A stretch of DNA of 64,000 nucleotides, taken from contig JAQSYP010000003.1 of the NCBI GenBank assembly GCA_029256085.1, positions 3,891 to 67,890 of the forward strand, in the 5' to 3' direction. The notes beneath the pieces were generated by a model that was not told the origin of the DNA, did no database searches, and worked only from the letters and a program-made list of their open reading frames with translations. Source of the stretch: Bacillales bacterium. GTDB lineage: Bacteria; Bacillota; Bacilli; CAJFEE01. Positions 32,387-41,865 of the stretch are shown piece after piece (position 1 is the first letter of the stretch; every line of letters starts with the position of its first letter). The translations under genes and the position numbers were made by a program.

Positions 32387-32896
32387 ATGTGGGTTAGAAA
32401 GTTAATAGTTACACTGGTTGCCTTTTCTTTTCTAGGGTTTGGACAAATCGTTCAAGCTGAGGAGGAATTCGAACCATATAAGGATGAATACTATACTCCT
32501 GAATTTAGAGCAGTTGCTAGAAAAATTAAGTCTTTAGACAGTTGTTCGTCACTATATGATTGTCCAACAGGCCCATTAGTAAGAACCGCAAAACCAGATA
32601 TAGTTAAAATGATAAGTGAAGGTAAAACAACCGAAGAGATACTAGATTATTTCGTAGATACTTACGGTGAAGAAATTCTAATTGAACCAAAGAAAAAAGG
32701 TTTTAATATTGCAGCATACGCAGTTCCTGCAGCTATTATTGTTGGAGCAACAGGACTAATTGTATATGCAATAAGATTTTGGACAAGAACCTCTAGAACA
32801 GAGGAAGAAGAAAATGTTGTAGAAGATTCTCAAGATGAAACAGAATCAGAAATTATGAAAAAAATGATAGACGAAGAACGAAAAAAGTTTCTTTAG
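32387..32896 (+). CDS. ccmH: CcmH/CycL-like cytochrome c biogenesis protein with a non-canonical Cys motif (C-SSLYD-C instead of LRCxxC).
   Basis: Signal peptide; GKTTEEILDYFVDTYGEEIL aligns with the CcmH core GKSKKEIVDYMVARYGNFV; a C-terminal TM follows. Confidence 0.65.
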   Translation: MWVRKLIVTLVAFSFLGFGQIVQAEEEFEPYKDEYYTPEFRAVARKIKSLDSCSSLYDCPTGPLVRTAKPDIVKMISEGKTTEEILDYFVDTYGEEILIEPKKKGFNIAAYAVPAAIIVGATGLIVYAIRFWTRTSRTEEEENVVEDSQDETESEIMKKMIDEERKKFL

Positions 32897-32907
32897 GATG
32901 TGAAAAC

Positions 32908-33285
32908 ATGGAAGGTCAATTAACTACAATTGCAATGATAGCGTCTGCACTTCTTGTTTTAGGTTGTTTATATTTAACTATTTCTCCATTTTTCGTGCTT
33001 GATGAAGGTACATTCGAGTTGAAATTTACTAAAAATAAGAATAAGACTCAAAGTCACAAAGAAGCACTATACTCAACACTAAACGAAATTGAGATAGAGC
33101 ATAAAATGGGTAAAATCTCTGATGACGATTATAAGGAATTAACAAACAAGTATGAGACTATGATCGCGAAAATGATGAAAGACGATGATTTTGTTTCTAT
33201 TGATAATATTGATAACAAACTATTAAGTGAGATAGAAAAAGAAATTCAAGAAGAGCTGGACAAGAGGGAAAAAGGAGGTAAGTAG
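32908..33285 (+). CDS. Small membrane protein (N-terminal TM) with a cytoplasmic SHOCT-like domain.
   Basis: TM at residues 7-30, then MGKISDDDYKELTNKYETMIAKM (SHOCT pattern). 125 aa. Confidence 0.5.
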   Translation: MEGQLTTIAMIASALLVLGCLYLTISPFFVLDEGTFELKFTKNKNKTQSHKEALYSTLNEIEIEHKMGKISDDDYKELTNKYETMIAKMMKDDDFVSIDNIDNKLLSEIEKEIQEELDKREKGGK

Positions 33286-33286
33286 T

Positions 33287-34279
33287 TTGAAAAAATTCTT
33301 AAAGATTGCTTTAACCGCGCTACTTTCTCTACCCTTATTTTCTAACACAGTTCTAGCGGCAGCAAATATAGTCTATGAAAGTAATCATGTTATTTTTCAA
33401 CCAATCAATGAAAATACAATTAAGATAACATCAATGGCTACACTAGTAAATAGTGGGGATGATAAATTTGAAGGTAAAGTAGGGTATGGGTTACCTCTAA
33501 ATTACTCAAATCTTCAAATTGGCGATCAATCAATTAAGCCAACGAATGAGGCAAATGCTTTTACAATCGACGCTACTATAGCTCCAAATGAAAAGAAATC
33601 AATTTCATACTCTAACGATCAAGGCTTAACTAATAATGTAGCGAAAATTGATTTTGTCTATCCTCATGATGTACAAGTATTAAATATTCTAATACCTAAA
33701 GATACTGCTGAGGTAACTATTACTGGAGCAAAGTTCGAAGATAAAGGTGAATTCCCTTTTGAAAGTACAACTTTAAAACAATACGAAATTAAAGACTTAA
33801 AAGCTAATACAAAAGTTACAATTGATTACAAAAGAAACCCTAATGCACCAGCGCAAACTGGAACTGAAGGCACTCAAAACAACCAGAACCAAGAAACTGA
33901 TCAAAGTAATGTAACAAGAAAAGCACCACAATTTCATAACCCTGGACATTTAAGAATGTGGAACCAATCTGCTTTAAGTAGCTTTGACCCACACATTCTT
34001 TTGATAGTTCTAGGAATTATATTGGTGGCTATAGTTGTCTATTTTGCTTATTTTGAAATGAAACGCAGAAAACAACTAGAACACGTGAAATCTGATCAAG
34101 AAGAAAGAGTATTTAAACAACTTATTGCTAAGAGAAGTGCTATAATGAACAAGATTTTAGAGTTGGAAGAAGAATATAACTCTGGAAACATATCTGATGA
34201 AGATTACACTAAGAAAATGGAAGCATATAAGAATCACCTAATCCAAGTCAAACTTAGCCTTCGCGATTTTGTTGAATAA
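33287..34279 (+). CDS. Uncharacterised bitopic membrane protein (signal peptide, extracytoplasmic domain, TM, cytoplasmic SHOCT-like tail); paralogous in architecture to the 28782-29804 product.
   Basis: TTG start with a GGAGG RBS. Signal peptide …TVLAAAN. TM ILLIVLGIILVAIVVYFAYF. C-terminal SGNISDEDYTKKMEAYKNHLIQ. Confidence 0.6.
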   Translation: MKKFLKIALTALLSLPLFSNTVLAAANIVYESNHVIFQPINENTIKITSMATLVNSGDDKFEGKVGYGLPLNYSNLQIGDQSIKPTNEANAFTIDATIAPNEKKSISYSNDQGLTNNVAKIDFVYPHDVQVLNILIPKDTAEVTITGAKFEDKGEFPFESTTLKQYEIKDLKANTKVTIDYKRNPNAPAQTGTEGTQNNQNQETDQSNVTRKAPQFHNPGHLRMWNQSALSSFDPHILLIVLGIILVAIVVYFAYFEMKRRKQLEHVKSDQEERVFKQLIAKRSAIMNKILELEEEYNSGNISDEDYTKKMEAYKNHLIQVKLSLRDFVE

Positions 34280-34296
34280 TGATTGGAGTGCAACCA

Positions 34297-35010
34297 ATGA
34301 TTAAAATTGATAATTTAATAAAACGTGTTGGTGACAAAGTTATTTTAAAAGGTGTTTCACTTAATATAACAAAAGGTGAAACAGTAGGAATTCTTGGACC
34401 AAATGGTGCGGGTAAAAGTACACTTTTAAAGGTAATTGCTACTTTACTAAAGCCTACATCAGGGGAAGTTACTATTGACGGGTTAGACCTGAAAAAGGAT
34501 CCTATTAAAATTAAAAGTAAACTAGGGTATTTACCACATGCTAGCTTATTATATGATCACTTTACACCTTATGAAAATCTAAAGTTCTTTTCTAAAGTGT
34601 ATTACTTAGATAATGTTGAAGAAAGAATTCATAAACTTATAGATGATGTCGGTTTAAGGCTATTTACTCATGAACCAGTTAAATCATTCTCTAGAGGTAT
34701 GGTTCAAAGAATTGCAATTGCAAGATCTATTATACATGATCCTGAAATACTACTTTTAGACGAACCACATACCGGCTTAGACCAACAGGCAATTGGTATA
34801 CTTAACAACGTCGTTGCGAAACTTCAGGAAAGAGATGTTACAACTCTTATCGTAACTCATGATTTTTTACAAGCAGCAAAAGTATGCGATAGGATAGTAA
34901 TAGTAAGAAATGGTAGGATAGCAGACGATTTCCTGCTAGAAGGACAAGATATAAACCTTTTACAGAAACGATATCAATCGGTCGTAGAGGGGGATTCTAA
35001 TGCTATTTAA
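34297..35010 (+). CDS. ccmA: Heme exporter ATP-binding protein CcmA (ABC). An alternative start at 34279 overlaps the upstream stop.
   Basis: Walker A GPNGAGKST and ABC signature. Confidence 0.85.
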   Translation: MIKIDNLIKRVGDKVILKGVSLNITKGETVGILGPNGAGKSTLLKVIATLLKPTSGEVTIDGLDLKKDPIKIKSKLGYLPHASLLYDHFTPYENLKFFSKVYYLDNVEERIHKLIDDVGLRLFTHEPVKSFSRGMVQRIAIARSIIHDPEILLLDEPHTGLDQQAIGILNNVVAKLQERDVTTLIVTHDFLQAAKVCDRIVIVRNGRIADDFLLEGQDINLLQKRYQSVVEGDSNAI

Positions 35011-35677
35011 AGGTGCAATGGCTTTAGCCTGGAAAGATCTTTATACTGAATGGAAGACAAAACAAACTATAAGTACGATGCTTATTTTTGCGGGATTAGT
35101 TGTAATTGTATTTAGTTTTGCTTTTGATCCTATGAACACGACAGTTAAAGCAATAATTCCTGGATTGATTTGGGTAATTATTGTGTTTGCAGGTTTATTA
35201 GGACTTAACCGCTCCTTTACTTCTGAGGGCAAGAATGACACAATACACGCACTTATAGTTGCTCCATTAGATCCTAGTAGTATCTATCTTGGGAAGTTCA
35301 TTTCAAATCTTGTTATGATACTTATAGTTGAAATTATTTCAATACCGTTCCTTTTTATCTTATTTGATTTTAAATTTCATGCTAATCTTTTATATTTTAT
35401 TTTAACTATTTTTATTGGAACATTTGGATTCGTTAGTGCAGGAACATTTCTAGCAGCATTAAGCTCAAACTCAAGAAGTTCAGAGATGCTACTCCCAATA
35501 ATTCTGTTTCCAATATCGACTCCAATATTAATAGGTGCTGTTCAAGCAACTAAAATACAATTAATTAGCCCAGATAAATTTGCTAGTGCGATTTCATGGA
35601 TGCAATTAATTACAGCCTACGATTTAATAATTTTCGTAGCGTGCTTTATACTATATGAATATGTTCAGGAGGTGTAG
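35000..35677 (+). CDS. ccmB: Heme exporter permease CcmB.
   Basis: 6-TM CcmB family. Start overlaps the ccmA stop (ATGCTATTTAA). Confidence 0.8.
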   Translation: MLFKGAMALAWKDLYTEWKTKQTISTMLIFAGLVVIVFSFAFDPMNTTVKAIIPGLIWVIIVFAGLLGLNRSFTSEGKNDTIHALIVAPLDPSSIYLGKFISNLVMILIVEIISIPFLFILFDFKFHANLLYFILTIFIGTFGFVSAGTFLAALSSNSRSSEMLLPIILFPISTPILIGAVQATKIQLISPDKFASAISWMQLITAYDLIIFVACFILYEYVQEV

Positions 35678-35679
35678 TC

Positions 35680-36429
35680 ATGAAAAAATATCAAGATATA
35701 GAACTAGACTATGCAAAAGGAGTACAACCAGTTTCCACAATCCATAAGCTTTTAACGTATACAACTGCGATTTTATTTATTGTACTAGTATACATGGCAT
35801 TCATCTACTCACCAGTTGAAAAAACGATGGGACCAGTTCAAAAAATATTTTATGCACATGTTCCTTCTGCGTGGATTGCTGGTGTAGCATTTTTAGGAGT
35901 TTTTATTTTAAGTATTGCATTCCTTATAACTAGAAAAAGAATATACGATTTATATGCTGGAATCTCAGCTGAAATCGGTGTTGTATTTACTACAATCGTT
36001 TTAACTACTGGGCCAATTTGGGGACGCTCATCATGGAATAGCTGGTGGTCATGGGAACCAAGACTAACAACTACACTAATCTTATGGTTTATCTATTTAG
36101 CATACGTAATGATTAGACATATGGATTCTCCTTGGGATAAGAGAGCAAGACTAGCTGCAGTATTCGGTATAATAGGATTCTTAGATGTACCAATTGTATT
36201 CTTTGCTATCCGTTGGTGGAATACAAAAATGCATCCAATAGTATTTGGTGAAGGTAAAGACCAAAGTGGTGGTGGTCTTGAACCAGAAATGTTAGCAACA
36301 TTATTTGTTGGTTTAGGAGCATTTACGTTATTGTACATTGTACTATTGCAAAAAGGTGTAATGATTGAGAAAGCAAAAATAGCAGTACAGGCTTATAAAG
36401 AAAAATTACAAGATAAATTAGTTCGATAG
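35680..36429 (+). CDS. ccmC: Heme exporter protein CcmC.
   Basis: WWD motif WNSWWSWEPRLT. Confidence 0.85.
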   Translation: MKKYQDIELDYAKGVQPVSTIHKLLTYTTAILFIVLVYMAFIYSPVEKTMGPVQKIFYAHVPSAWIAGVAFLGVFILSIAFLITRKRIYDLYAGISAEIGVVFTTIVLTTGPIWGRSSWNSWWSWEPRLTTTLILWFIYLAYVMIRHMDSPWDKRARLAAVFGIIGFLDVPIVFFAIRWWNTKMHPIVFGEGKDQSGGGLEPEMLATLFVGLGAFTLLYIVLLQKGVMIEKAKIAVQAYKEKLQDKLVR

Positions 36430-36441
36430 GAGGCTACTAAT

Positions 36442-36567
36442 ATGGGATATTTAGCATCTGCTTACGGAGTAACTTGGTTTTTAATAGCAGCTTACATGCT
36501 TTTTCTAGGAAAAAAGCAAAGTGACATCGTAAAAGAAATTAAATTTTTAAAAGAGTTAGACAAATAA
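36442..36567 (+). CDS. ccmD: Heme exporter protein CcmD (41 aa, single TM); not in the ORF track.
   Basis: GGAGG RBS 6 nt upstream. MGYLASAYGVTWFLIAAYMLFLGKKQ… small TM peptide between ccmC and ccmG, as in canonical ccm operons. Confidence 0.6.
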   Translation: MGYLASAYGVTWFLIAAYMLFLGKKQSDIVKEIKFLKELDK

Positions 36568-36585
36568 AAAGGGGGCGTTCCATCT

Positions 36586-37104
36586 ATGGGTTCGCGCAAA
36601 ATACTACAAATCGTAGTTCTTGCCATTGTAGTTGGTTTACTAGCTTTCTTTGCCCTTGGCTTAAAATCTAACTTCAACAAAATAGAAAAAGGCGATCAAG
36701 CTTTCCTATTTGAAGCTGATAACATGGATAAGAAGAAGGTAAATCTAAACGATTATAAGGGTCAAGTAATTGTTTTAAACTTCTTTACTAGTTGGTGTGA
36801 TCCGTGTCGTGACGAAGTGTATGAGCTTGAGGAATTTAACAAAGAAGTTAAAGACTCTGGTAAGGCTGTTTTCTTTATTGTAGATAGAGGAGAAACACAA
36901 AAGCACGTTCAGAAGTTTATTGATGAATTTGATACTAAATCAGAGTACTTATTTGACTATAATCACTCGATATCAGAGAAATATGGCGTTGTTGGACAAC
37001 CCGAGACTTTAATAATTGATAAAAAGGGTGTTCTTAGAGAACATTTATTAGGACCGACAACAACACAGGAATTACTTTTCCTTGTGGATAAGTACAATAA
37101 ATAA
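36586..37104 (+). CDS. ccmG: Thiol:disulfide interchange protein CcmG/DsbE (membrane-anchored thioredoxin-like).
   Basis: WCDPC active site with an N-terminal TM. Confidence 0.85.
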   Translation: MGSRKILQIVVLAIVVGLLAFFALGLKSNFNKIEKGDQAFLFEADNMDKKKVNLNDYKGQVIVLNFFTSWCDPCRDEVYELEEFNKEVKDSGKAVFFIVDRGETQKHVQKFIDEFDTKSEYLFDYNHSISEKYGVVGQPETLIIDKKGVLREHLLGPTTTQELLFLVDKYNK

Positions 37105-37109
37105 TACAA

Positions 37110-37148
37110 TGGATGTGTCTAGTGTAAACTGGACACATCTTTTTTTAG
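37110..37148 (+). terminator. Intrinsic terminator after ccmG.
   Basis: gatgtgtctag…ctggacacatc hairpin followed by TTTTTTT. Confidence 0.65.
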
Positions 37149-37254
37149 CTATAGGAAAGTATAAACTTCTGCGTAGTTCATACTTTCCAAACGCATAAGA
37201 GCAACTACGGCTCTGTCGTCGCCCATAAGGCTCGACAATCGCCGAGTTTTATTT
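37146..37254 (+). repeat. MITE-like repeat family 1, copy B.
   Basis: Aligns with copies at 6832-6942 and 48738-48848. Confidence 0.8.
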
Positions 37255-37299
37255 AGTAAAGTTTATGTCTAATCTTGGCATTATTATATAGGTGAATAT

Positions 37300-38292
37300 A
37301 TGAGAAATCGTAATTTAATTATCATGGGAGTAATCAATATATTATTAATTTCATTAATGGGAACTATTGGATTTTCAATTATTGAAGATATTAAATGGTT
37401 TGATGCTTTATGGCTAACATTCGCATCAATACTAACAATTGGTTATGGTGATATAGTTCCTGTCACAACAGAGGGTAGGATTTTCGCATTAACATTAGTC
37501 CCCTTAGGAATAGGTGTAGTTACATATTTTTTTAGTTATTTAGCAGCAAGGTTTATAGAAAAAATCTTCTCGAAAACGTCATGGAGGAAGAGAATGAACA
37601 AGAAAATTAACTCTTTAAAAGAGCATATTATTGTCAGTGGATATGGTAGAGTCGGAGAAAAGGTAGTTCAAAACCTTCTAAATAACAAGATAAATGTTGT
37701 AGTCATAGAAAAAAATATCACAAGTTTTGGTCATGAAGAACAACCCTTTTTATATGTTGAGGGCGATGCTACAGATGAACATACATTGCTAGAAGCTGGA
37801 ATAAAGAATGCAAGTGGATTTATAACGACACTTCCAGATGATGCAGCAAACCTGCTTGCAACAATGTCAGCAAAAGATATTAATCCAAGTATACATATAG
37901 TAGCTAGGGCAGAAAGACCTGAATCAGAACGCAAACTAATTAGAGCAGGTGCGGACCGAGTTATTAATCCATCTTCATTAGGTGGAGAGAGAATGGCACT
38001 TACGTTACTAAAGCCGCTAACAATAAATTATTTTGAAACTATTTTACATGATGATAATAAAGAATTTAGTTTCGGAGAATATAAAATCACACCAGATTCC
38101 AAAGTTCTTAATCTTACAATATCCGAGAGTAATATTAGAAAAGAAACAGGCGTCACGATAATAGCTATACATAGGAATGGGGAACTTATAGGTAGTCCAG
38201 CACCATCTGAGTTATTAAGACTTGATGATGTAGTTATTGTATTAGGACTTACAGAAGATTTATCAAAACTAGAAAATTATCTATTAAAATAA
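37300..38292 (+). CDS. Two-TM potassium channel with C-terminal RCK (TrkA-N/TrkA-C) domains (MthK/YugO-like).
   Basis: Selectivity filter TIGYGD. Rossmann GYGRVG motif. Confidence 0.85.
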   Translation: MRNRNLIIMGVINILLISLMGTIGFSIIEDIKWFDALWLTFASILTIGYGDIVPVTTEGRIFALTLVPLGIGVVTYFFSYLAARFIEKIFSKTSWRKRMNKKINSLKEHIIVSGYGRVGEKVVQNLLNNKINVVVIEKNITSFGHEEQPFLYVEGDATDEHTLLEAGIKNASGFITTLPDDAANLLATMSAKDINPSIHIVARAERPESERKLIRAGADRVINPSSLGGERMALTLLKPLTINYFETILHDDNKEFSFGEYKITPDSKVLNLTISESNIRKETGVTIIAIHRNGELIGSPAPSELLRLDDVVIVLGLTEDLSKLENYLLK

Positions 38293-38329
38293 GCAGATGG
38301 CCATTGTAGACCATCTGCTTTGTTTTGTA

Positions 38330-39154
38330 TTAAGTTAATAAGTTACTTAATGTAGGTACTATCCTTAGCTGTGGAGAATAGTAATTTTGTTTAACGTGAG
38401 AAATAAAAATAGCATTCATGCCTAACTTAAGAGCGGGTGCAATTTCATTAATAAAATTATCCCCTACAGAAGTAGCTTCTTTTGGTTGAGCATTATATTT
38501 TTTTAAGAAAAATTCAAAATGTTCCTTAGTTTTCATGGGCTTGTTTGCTGGTGCAACTACTTCGTTAAAAATATTTTTAAGACCAAGTAAACTTAATAAT
38601 CGAATAGCATCAGCTTTATCAGTGTTTGTCATTAGGATTAACTTATGTGTTCTACTTAACCTTGTTAATGCGTCAGTAAGACCTGGTGTATGCTCAAACT
38701 TATAGTCTTTTGATGCCATTAATTCTTTTGTCTTATTATAAGCATCATAAGGAGGCATTAATCCATGGTGAATCGATGCAGTTGCGGGAATCCACCAGCC
38801 ATCGCTAACAAGCATGAATCTCTTCTCGTCAAGTAAATCTAATTCCTTATACTTTGGATAAGCTTGAGCATATGGGATTAACATACCATCCCATGTGTGG
38901 GCTTCAGTAACCTCTAGTGTCATTGGATCAAGTGTGAGTATAAGCTTTTCTTTAATATCATAAGCTTTACCAACCGTTAATGCGTGATTTCGACTAGTTA
39001 TTAATTCATAGTCTCGGAGAAATTTCTTACCTTGATCTAGGGACATGTGTTTTATTAGTTCATTGGCGTATATATCGAAATGATTTCTTCCTTCATACAA
39101 GGTTCCATCTAAGTCGAAAAATAAGACTTTAGATTGCAGTAATAATTCTTTCAT
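38330..39154 (-). CDS. HAD-superfamily hydrolase.
   Basis: FFDLDGTL motif I. AAGGAGA RBS precedes the ATG at 39154; the ORF-track start at 39214 overlaps the upstream gene. Confidence 0.7.
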   Translation of the reverse strand: MKELLLQSKVLFFDLDGTLYEGRNHFDIYANELIKHMSLDQGKKFLRDYELITSRNHALTVGKAYDIKEKLILTLDPMTLEVTEAHTWDGMLIPYAQAYPKYKELDLLDEKRFMLVSDGWWIPATASIHHGLMPPYDAYNKTKELMASKDYKFEHTPGLTDALTRLSRTHKLILMTNTDKADAIRLLSLLGLKNIFNEVVAPANKPMKTKEHFEFFLKKYNAQPKEATSVGDNFINEIAPALKLGMNAIFISHVKQNYYSPQLRIVPTLSNLLT

Positions 39155-39176
39155 ACCTATCTCCTTATAGTGGCGA

Positions 39177-40445
39177 TTAAATAGCTCTTTTAAGTTTTTC
39201 CTTTTTCTCAACAATTCTAAACATTATCTCGTAAATAATTGCGCTACACACGGCTATAATAGCCAATGCTATAAAAGTAAATTTATATCCAATAAAAGCA
39301 GATAACGGAATTGATAAAGGTGCAATTGTTCTACCAATTGTATATCTTAAACTAGCTGCAGCAAAGTATTGACCTCTCATATGTTCAGGAGATATCTTAC
39401 CAACGTAACTCTCATTAACCCCAACAGTTATTAATTCGCCTAAAGTAAAAATTACCATCCCGATAATGAATCCCCAAAAAATATAGCTCTCGCTAAAAAT
39501 AATCATAGAAATAGCATATAGTATAGATGAAGAAATAAAAACGGTTTTATCTTTCATGAAAGCAGCAACCTTTGATACCAGAACTGTAAAAAGAACAACT
39601 AATAATCCATTTTCAGATATAATCCACCCAAAAAGCTTTTCTCCACTTATATTAAAACTGAATATACCTAGCAAAGAAATATTAGTATTAGATACAATCT
39701 CCTTAATATAAACTGGTAATAAAAGATCGAGTTGCATGAATGTTTGCGATAGTAAGATACCTGCAACAATAAATAGTAAGAAAACTTTATCATTTATAAT
39801 AATACTATAGTTATTAAATTGCTCTTTAAGATGACCTTTCCAACCGGAAACTTCTTTAGTAGTTACCCCTTCAGGTTTCGTTTCTCTAATGTATTTAGCT
39901 ATTATAAAAGTTAGAAGAAACGTAACGAATGTACATGCCAATAGTAGATAAAACCTATAATCAAAAAAGAAAACTGCACCAATAATAGGTCCAATTACTA
40001 CGTTAATATTAATAGCTGTATAGAAAACAGCGAATACCTCTGCCTGTTTACTTTCTTCAACAATATCAACTACCATCGCTCTACTAGCTGGCCAGTAAAC
40101 TGAACCCATTATACCGAGTGTAGTGAAAGAAATAAACGTTAACATTGGACTATTTAAGATAGGTGAGTTTGCAAGAGTAAAGAATACGAATGATATCGCT
40201 TGGCCAAAGCATGCCCATACCATTATTATTTTTCTACCATATCTATCAACTAAATAGCCACCAAATAAATTTGCAAATACAGAGATAAGTTGAGACAAAA
40301 CTAGAAGTAAGCCAGAAGTCACTTTCCCTAAAGTCTCAGCAAAATATATCGCCATAAACGGAAAAAACATCCAAAATAATAAATTGAATAATCCTTCCCC
40401 AAAAAGTCTTATTTTTAAATTAGTATCCCACTTTAAAATATTCAT
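39177..40445 (-). CDS. MFS transporter.
   Basis: 12-TM MFS with the GxLxDRxGRK motif. Confidence 0.8.
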   Translation of the reverse strand: MNILKWDTNLKIRLFGEGLFNLLFWMFFPFMAIYFAETLGKVTSGLLLVLSQLISVFANLFGGYLVDRYGRKIIMVWACFGQAISFVFFTLANSPILNSPMLTFISFTTLGIMGSVYWPASRAMVVDIVEESKQAEVFAVFYTAININVVIGPIIGAVFFFDYRFYLLLACTFVTFLLTFIIAKYIRETKPEGVTTKEVSGWKGHLKEQFNNYSIIINDKVFLLFIVAGILLSQTFMQLDLLLPVYIKEIVSNTNISLLGIFSFNISGEKLFGWIISENGLLVVLFTVLVSKVAAFMKDKTVFISSSILYAISMIIFSESYIFWGFIIGMVIFTLGELITVGVNESYVGKISPEHMRGQYFAAASLRYTIGRTIAPLSIPLSAFIGYKFTFIALAIIAVCSAIIYEIMFRIVEKKEKLKRAI

Positions 40446-40569
40446 ATTATATTTCCTTTTTCAAAATTTAGACAAAATGCAATATTAAATATACTAGAAA
40501 TGTAAATCTTTTACAAATTTTAATAGTATAATAGAGTTGGTACTATTATTAAAAAGGATGGTATGTATA

Positions 40570-40932
40570 ATGGAAAAGTTTATTATTATAGCTGGTGTTA
40601 ATGCCTTTTTAGCAGTTGCCCTAGGTGCATTTGGTGCACATGGACTTCAAATGAATGCAACAGACTATGCAGTTGCTATTTGGGACAAAGCATCTAGATA
40701 TCAAATGTATCATGCTTTAGGTCTATTTGTAATCGCGTTCCTTACCGATAAATATCCAAAATCGTCACTACTCGAGTGGGCAGGGTGGAGTATGCTTGGA
40801 GGAATTTTTCTTTTTTCAGGAAGTTTATATGTAATGGCGGTTACAGGAATCACTAGCCTAGGAATTGTAACTCCAGTAGGTGGGCTACTATTCATTGCTG
40901 GATGGATTTTAACTGTACTTTCTCTGAAATAA
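40570..40932 (+). CDS. DUF423 (YgdD/TMEM256-like) membrane protein.
   Basis: Four-TM small protein with Gly-rich helices. AGGATGG RBS. Confidence 0.6.
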   Translation: MEKFIIIAGVNAFLAVALGAFGAHGLQMNATDYAVAIWDKASRYQMYHALGLFVIAFLTDKYPKSSLLEWAGWSMLGGIFLFSGSLYVMAVTGITSLGIVTPVGGLLFIAGWILTVLSLK

Positions 40933-40964
40933 TAAAAACTTGGCCAAAGAAGGCCAAGTTTTTT

Positions 40965-41390
40965 CTATTGTGCACCCTTTAATGTATTAAGTAAAACGGG
41001 ATCTTGTATGTTTGTAACAATTTCGTTTCCAATCGGATAGTAGTAGTTAATTTCATTGTCAAATGTAATAAAATCTAAGTAAACCATCAATAAGACATAA
41101 CGCATTCCAGTTGTTTGATCGCTTAAGATGATGTGGTCTCTACCTGCTGCCTCAATTACACCTTTGAAAATTTTAGAAGGCCATTCCTTGCTGTTTTCAA
41201 AAGTCATGTAAACTGTTGCAACTTTCCCCTTATTTAATCGTAGGATATTTTCAATGTACGATTCTTCCCTTGGAAGAACAAATGGAACAGGCTGAACTTG
41301 TTGTGGAACTTGTGGTGGTAAATACGATCCAGAAGGCTGTAGAAAGCCTTGAGGAACATTTTGACGATAATCTCCATACTGTTGATACAT
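40965..41390 (-). CDS. gerQ: Spore coat protein GerQ (YwdL)-like, with a Gln/Pro-rich N-terminus.
   Basis: Downstream of cwlJ, as in the B. subtilis cwlJ-gerQ operon. AGGAGGGG RBS precedes the ATG at 41390. Confidence 0.65.
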   Translation of the reverse strand: MYQQYGDYRQNVPQGFLQPSGSYLPPQVPQQVQPVPFVLPREESYIENILRLNKGKVATVYMTFENSKEWPSKIFKGVIEAAGRDHIILSDQTTGMRYVLLMVYLDFITFDNEINYYYPIGNEIVTNIQDPVLLNTLKGAQ

Positions 41391-41404
41391 ATAACCCCTC
41401 CTAA

Positions 41405-41839
41405 TTATGCAAATGTAGAGTAAACATTTGGACAATCTTTAATAGTCGGCTTAAAAAAGCAGTGGCTTTTATAGCGACCAGTATTATATTGGTTATACCA
41501 TGATACCGGGCAAGCCCCAGTAGGTCTGAAAAACCATAATGCATATGATGCAGGATCTATTCTTTCACCTTTAATCGCTCTTCTAGCTAACCTTTTTTCA
41601 CTTTCTCTCGCTCGTTGATAGAAATAACCTTTTATCGTAGCTTCAAAACCACCTGGTCTTTGGTAAATCATTTGTGTTAATGTTCTAGCTTTTTTAAAAT
41701 CTAAACAGTCAGATTTCACACGATTAACACCAACATTACCAACCATTAACATTCCTTGAATTCCTTCACCCTCAGCTTCAGCACGCATTAATCTGGCTAA
41801 TAAATCAACTTCTTTACTTGTATGTTTAATAACAGCCAT
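41405..41839 (-). CDS. cwlJ: Spore cortex-lytic cell wall hydrolase CwlJ (SleB-like hydrolase_2 domain).
   Basis: Size and motifs of CwlJ/SleB C-terminal catalytic domain; operon partner gerQ. Confidence 0.8.
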   Translation of the reverse strand: MAVIKHTSKEVDLLARLMRAEAEGEGIQGMLMVGNVGVNRVKSDCLDFKKARTLTQMIYQRPGGFEATIKGYFYQRARESEKRLARRAIKGERIDPASYALWFFRPTGACPVSWYNQYNTGRYKSHCFFKPTIKDCPNVYSTFA

Positions 41840-41865
41840 ATTCTCACCTCTCTATTGTGAGATTT

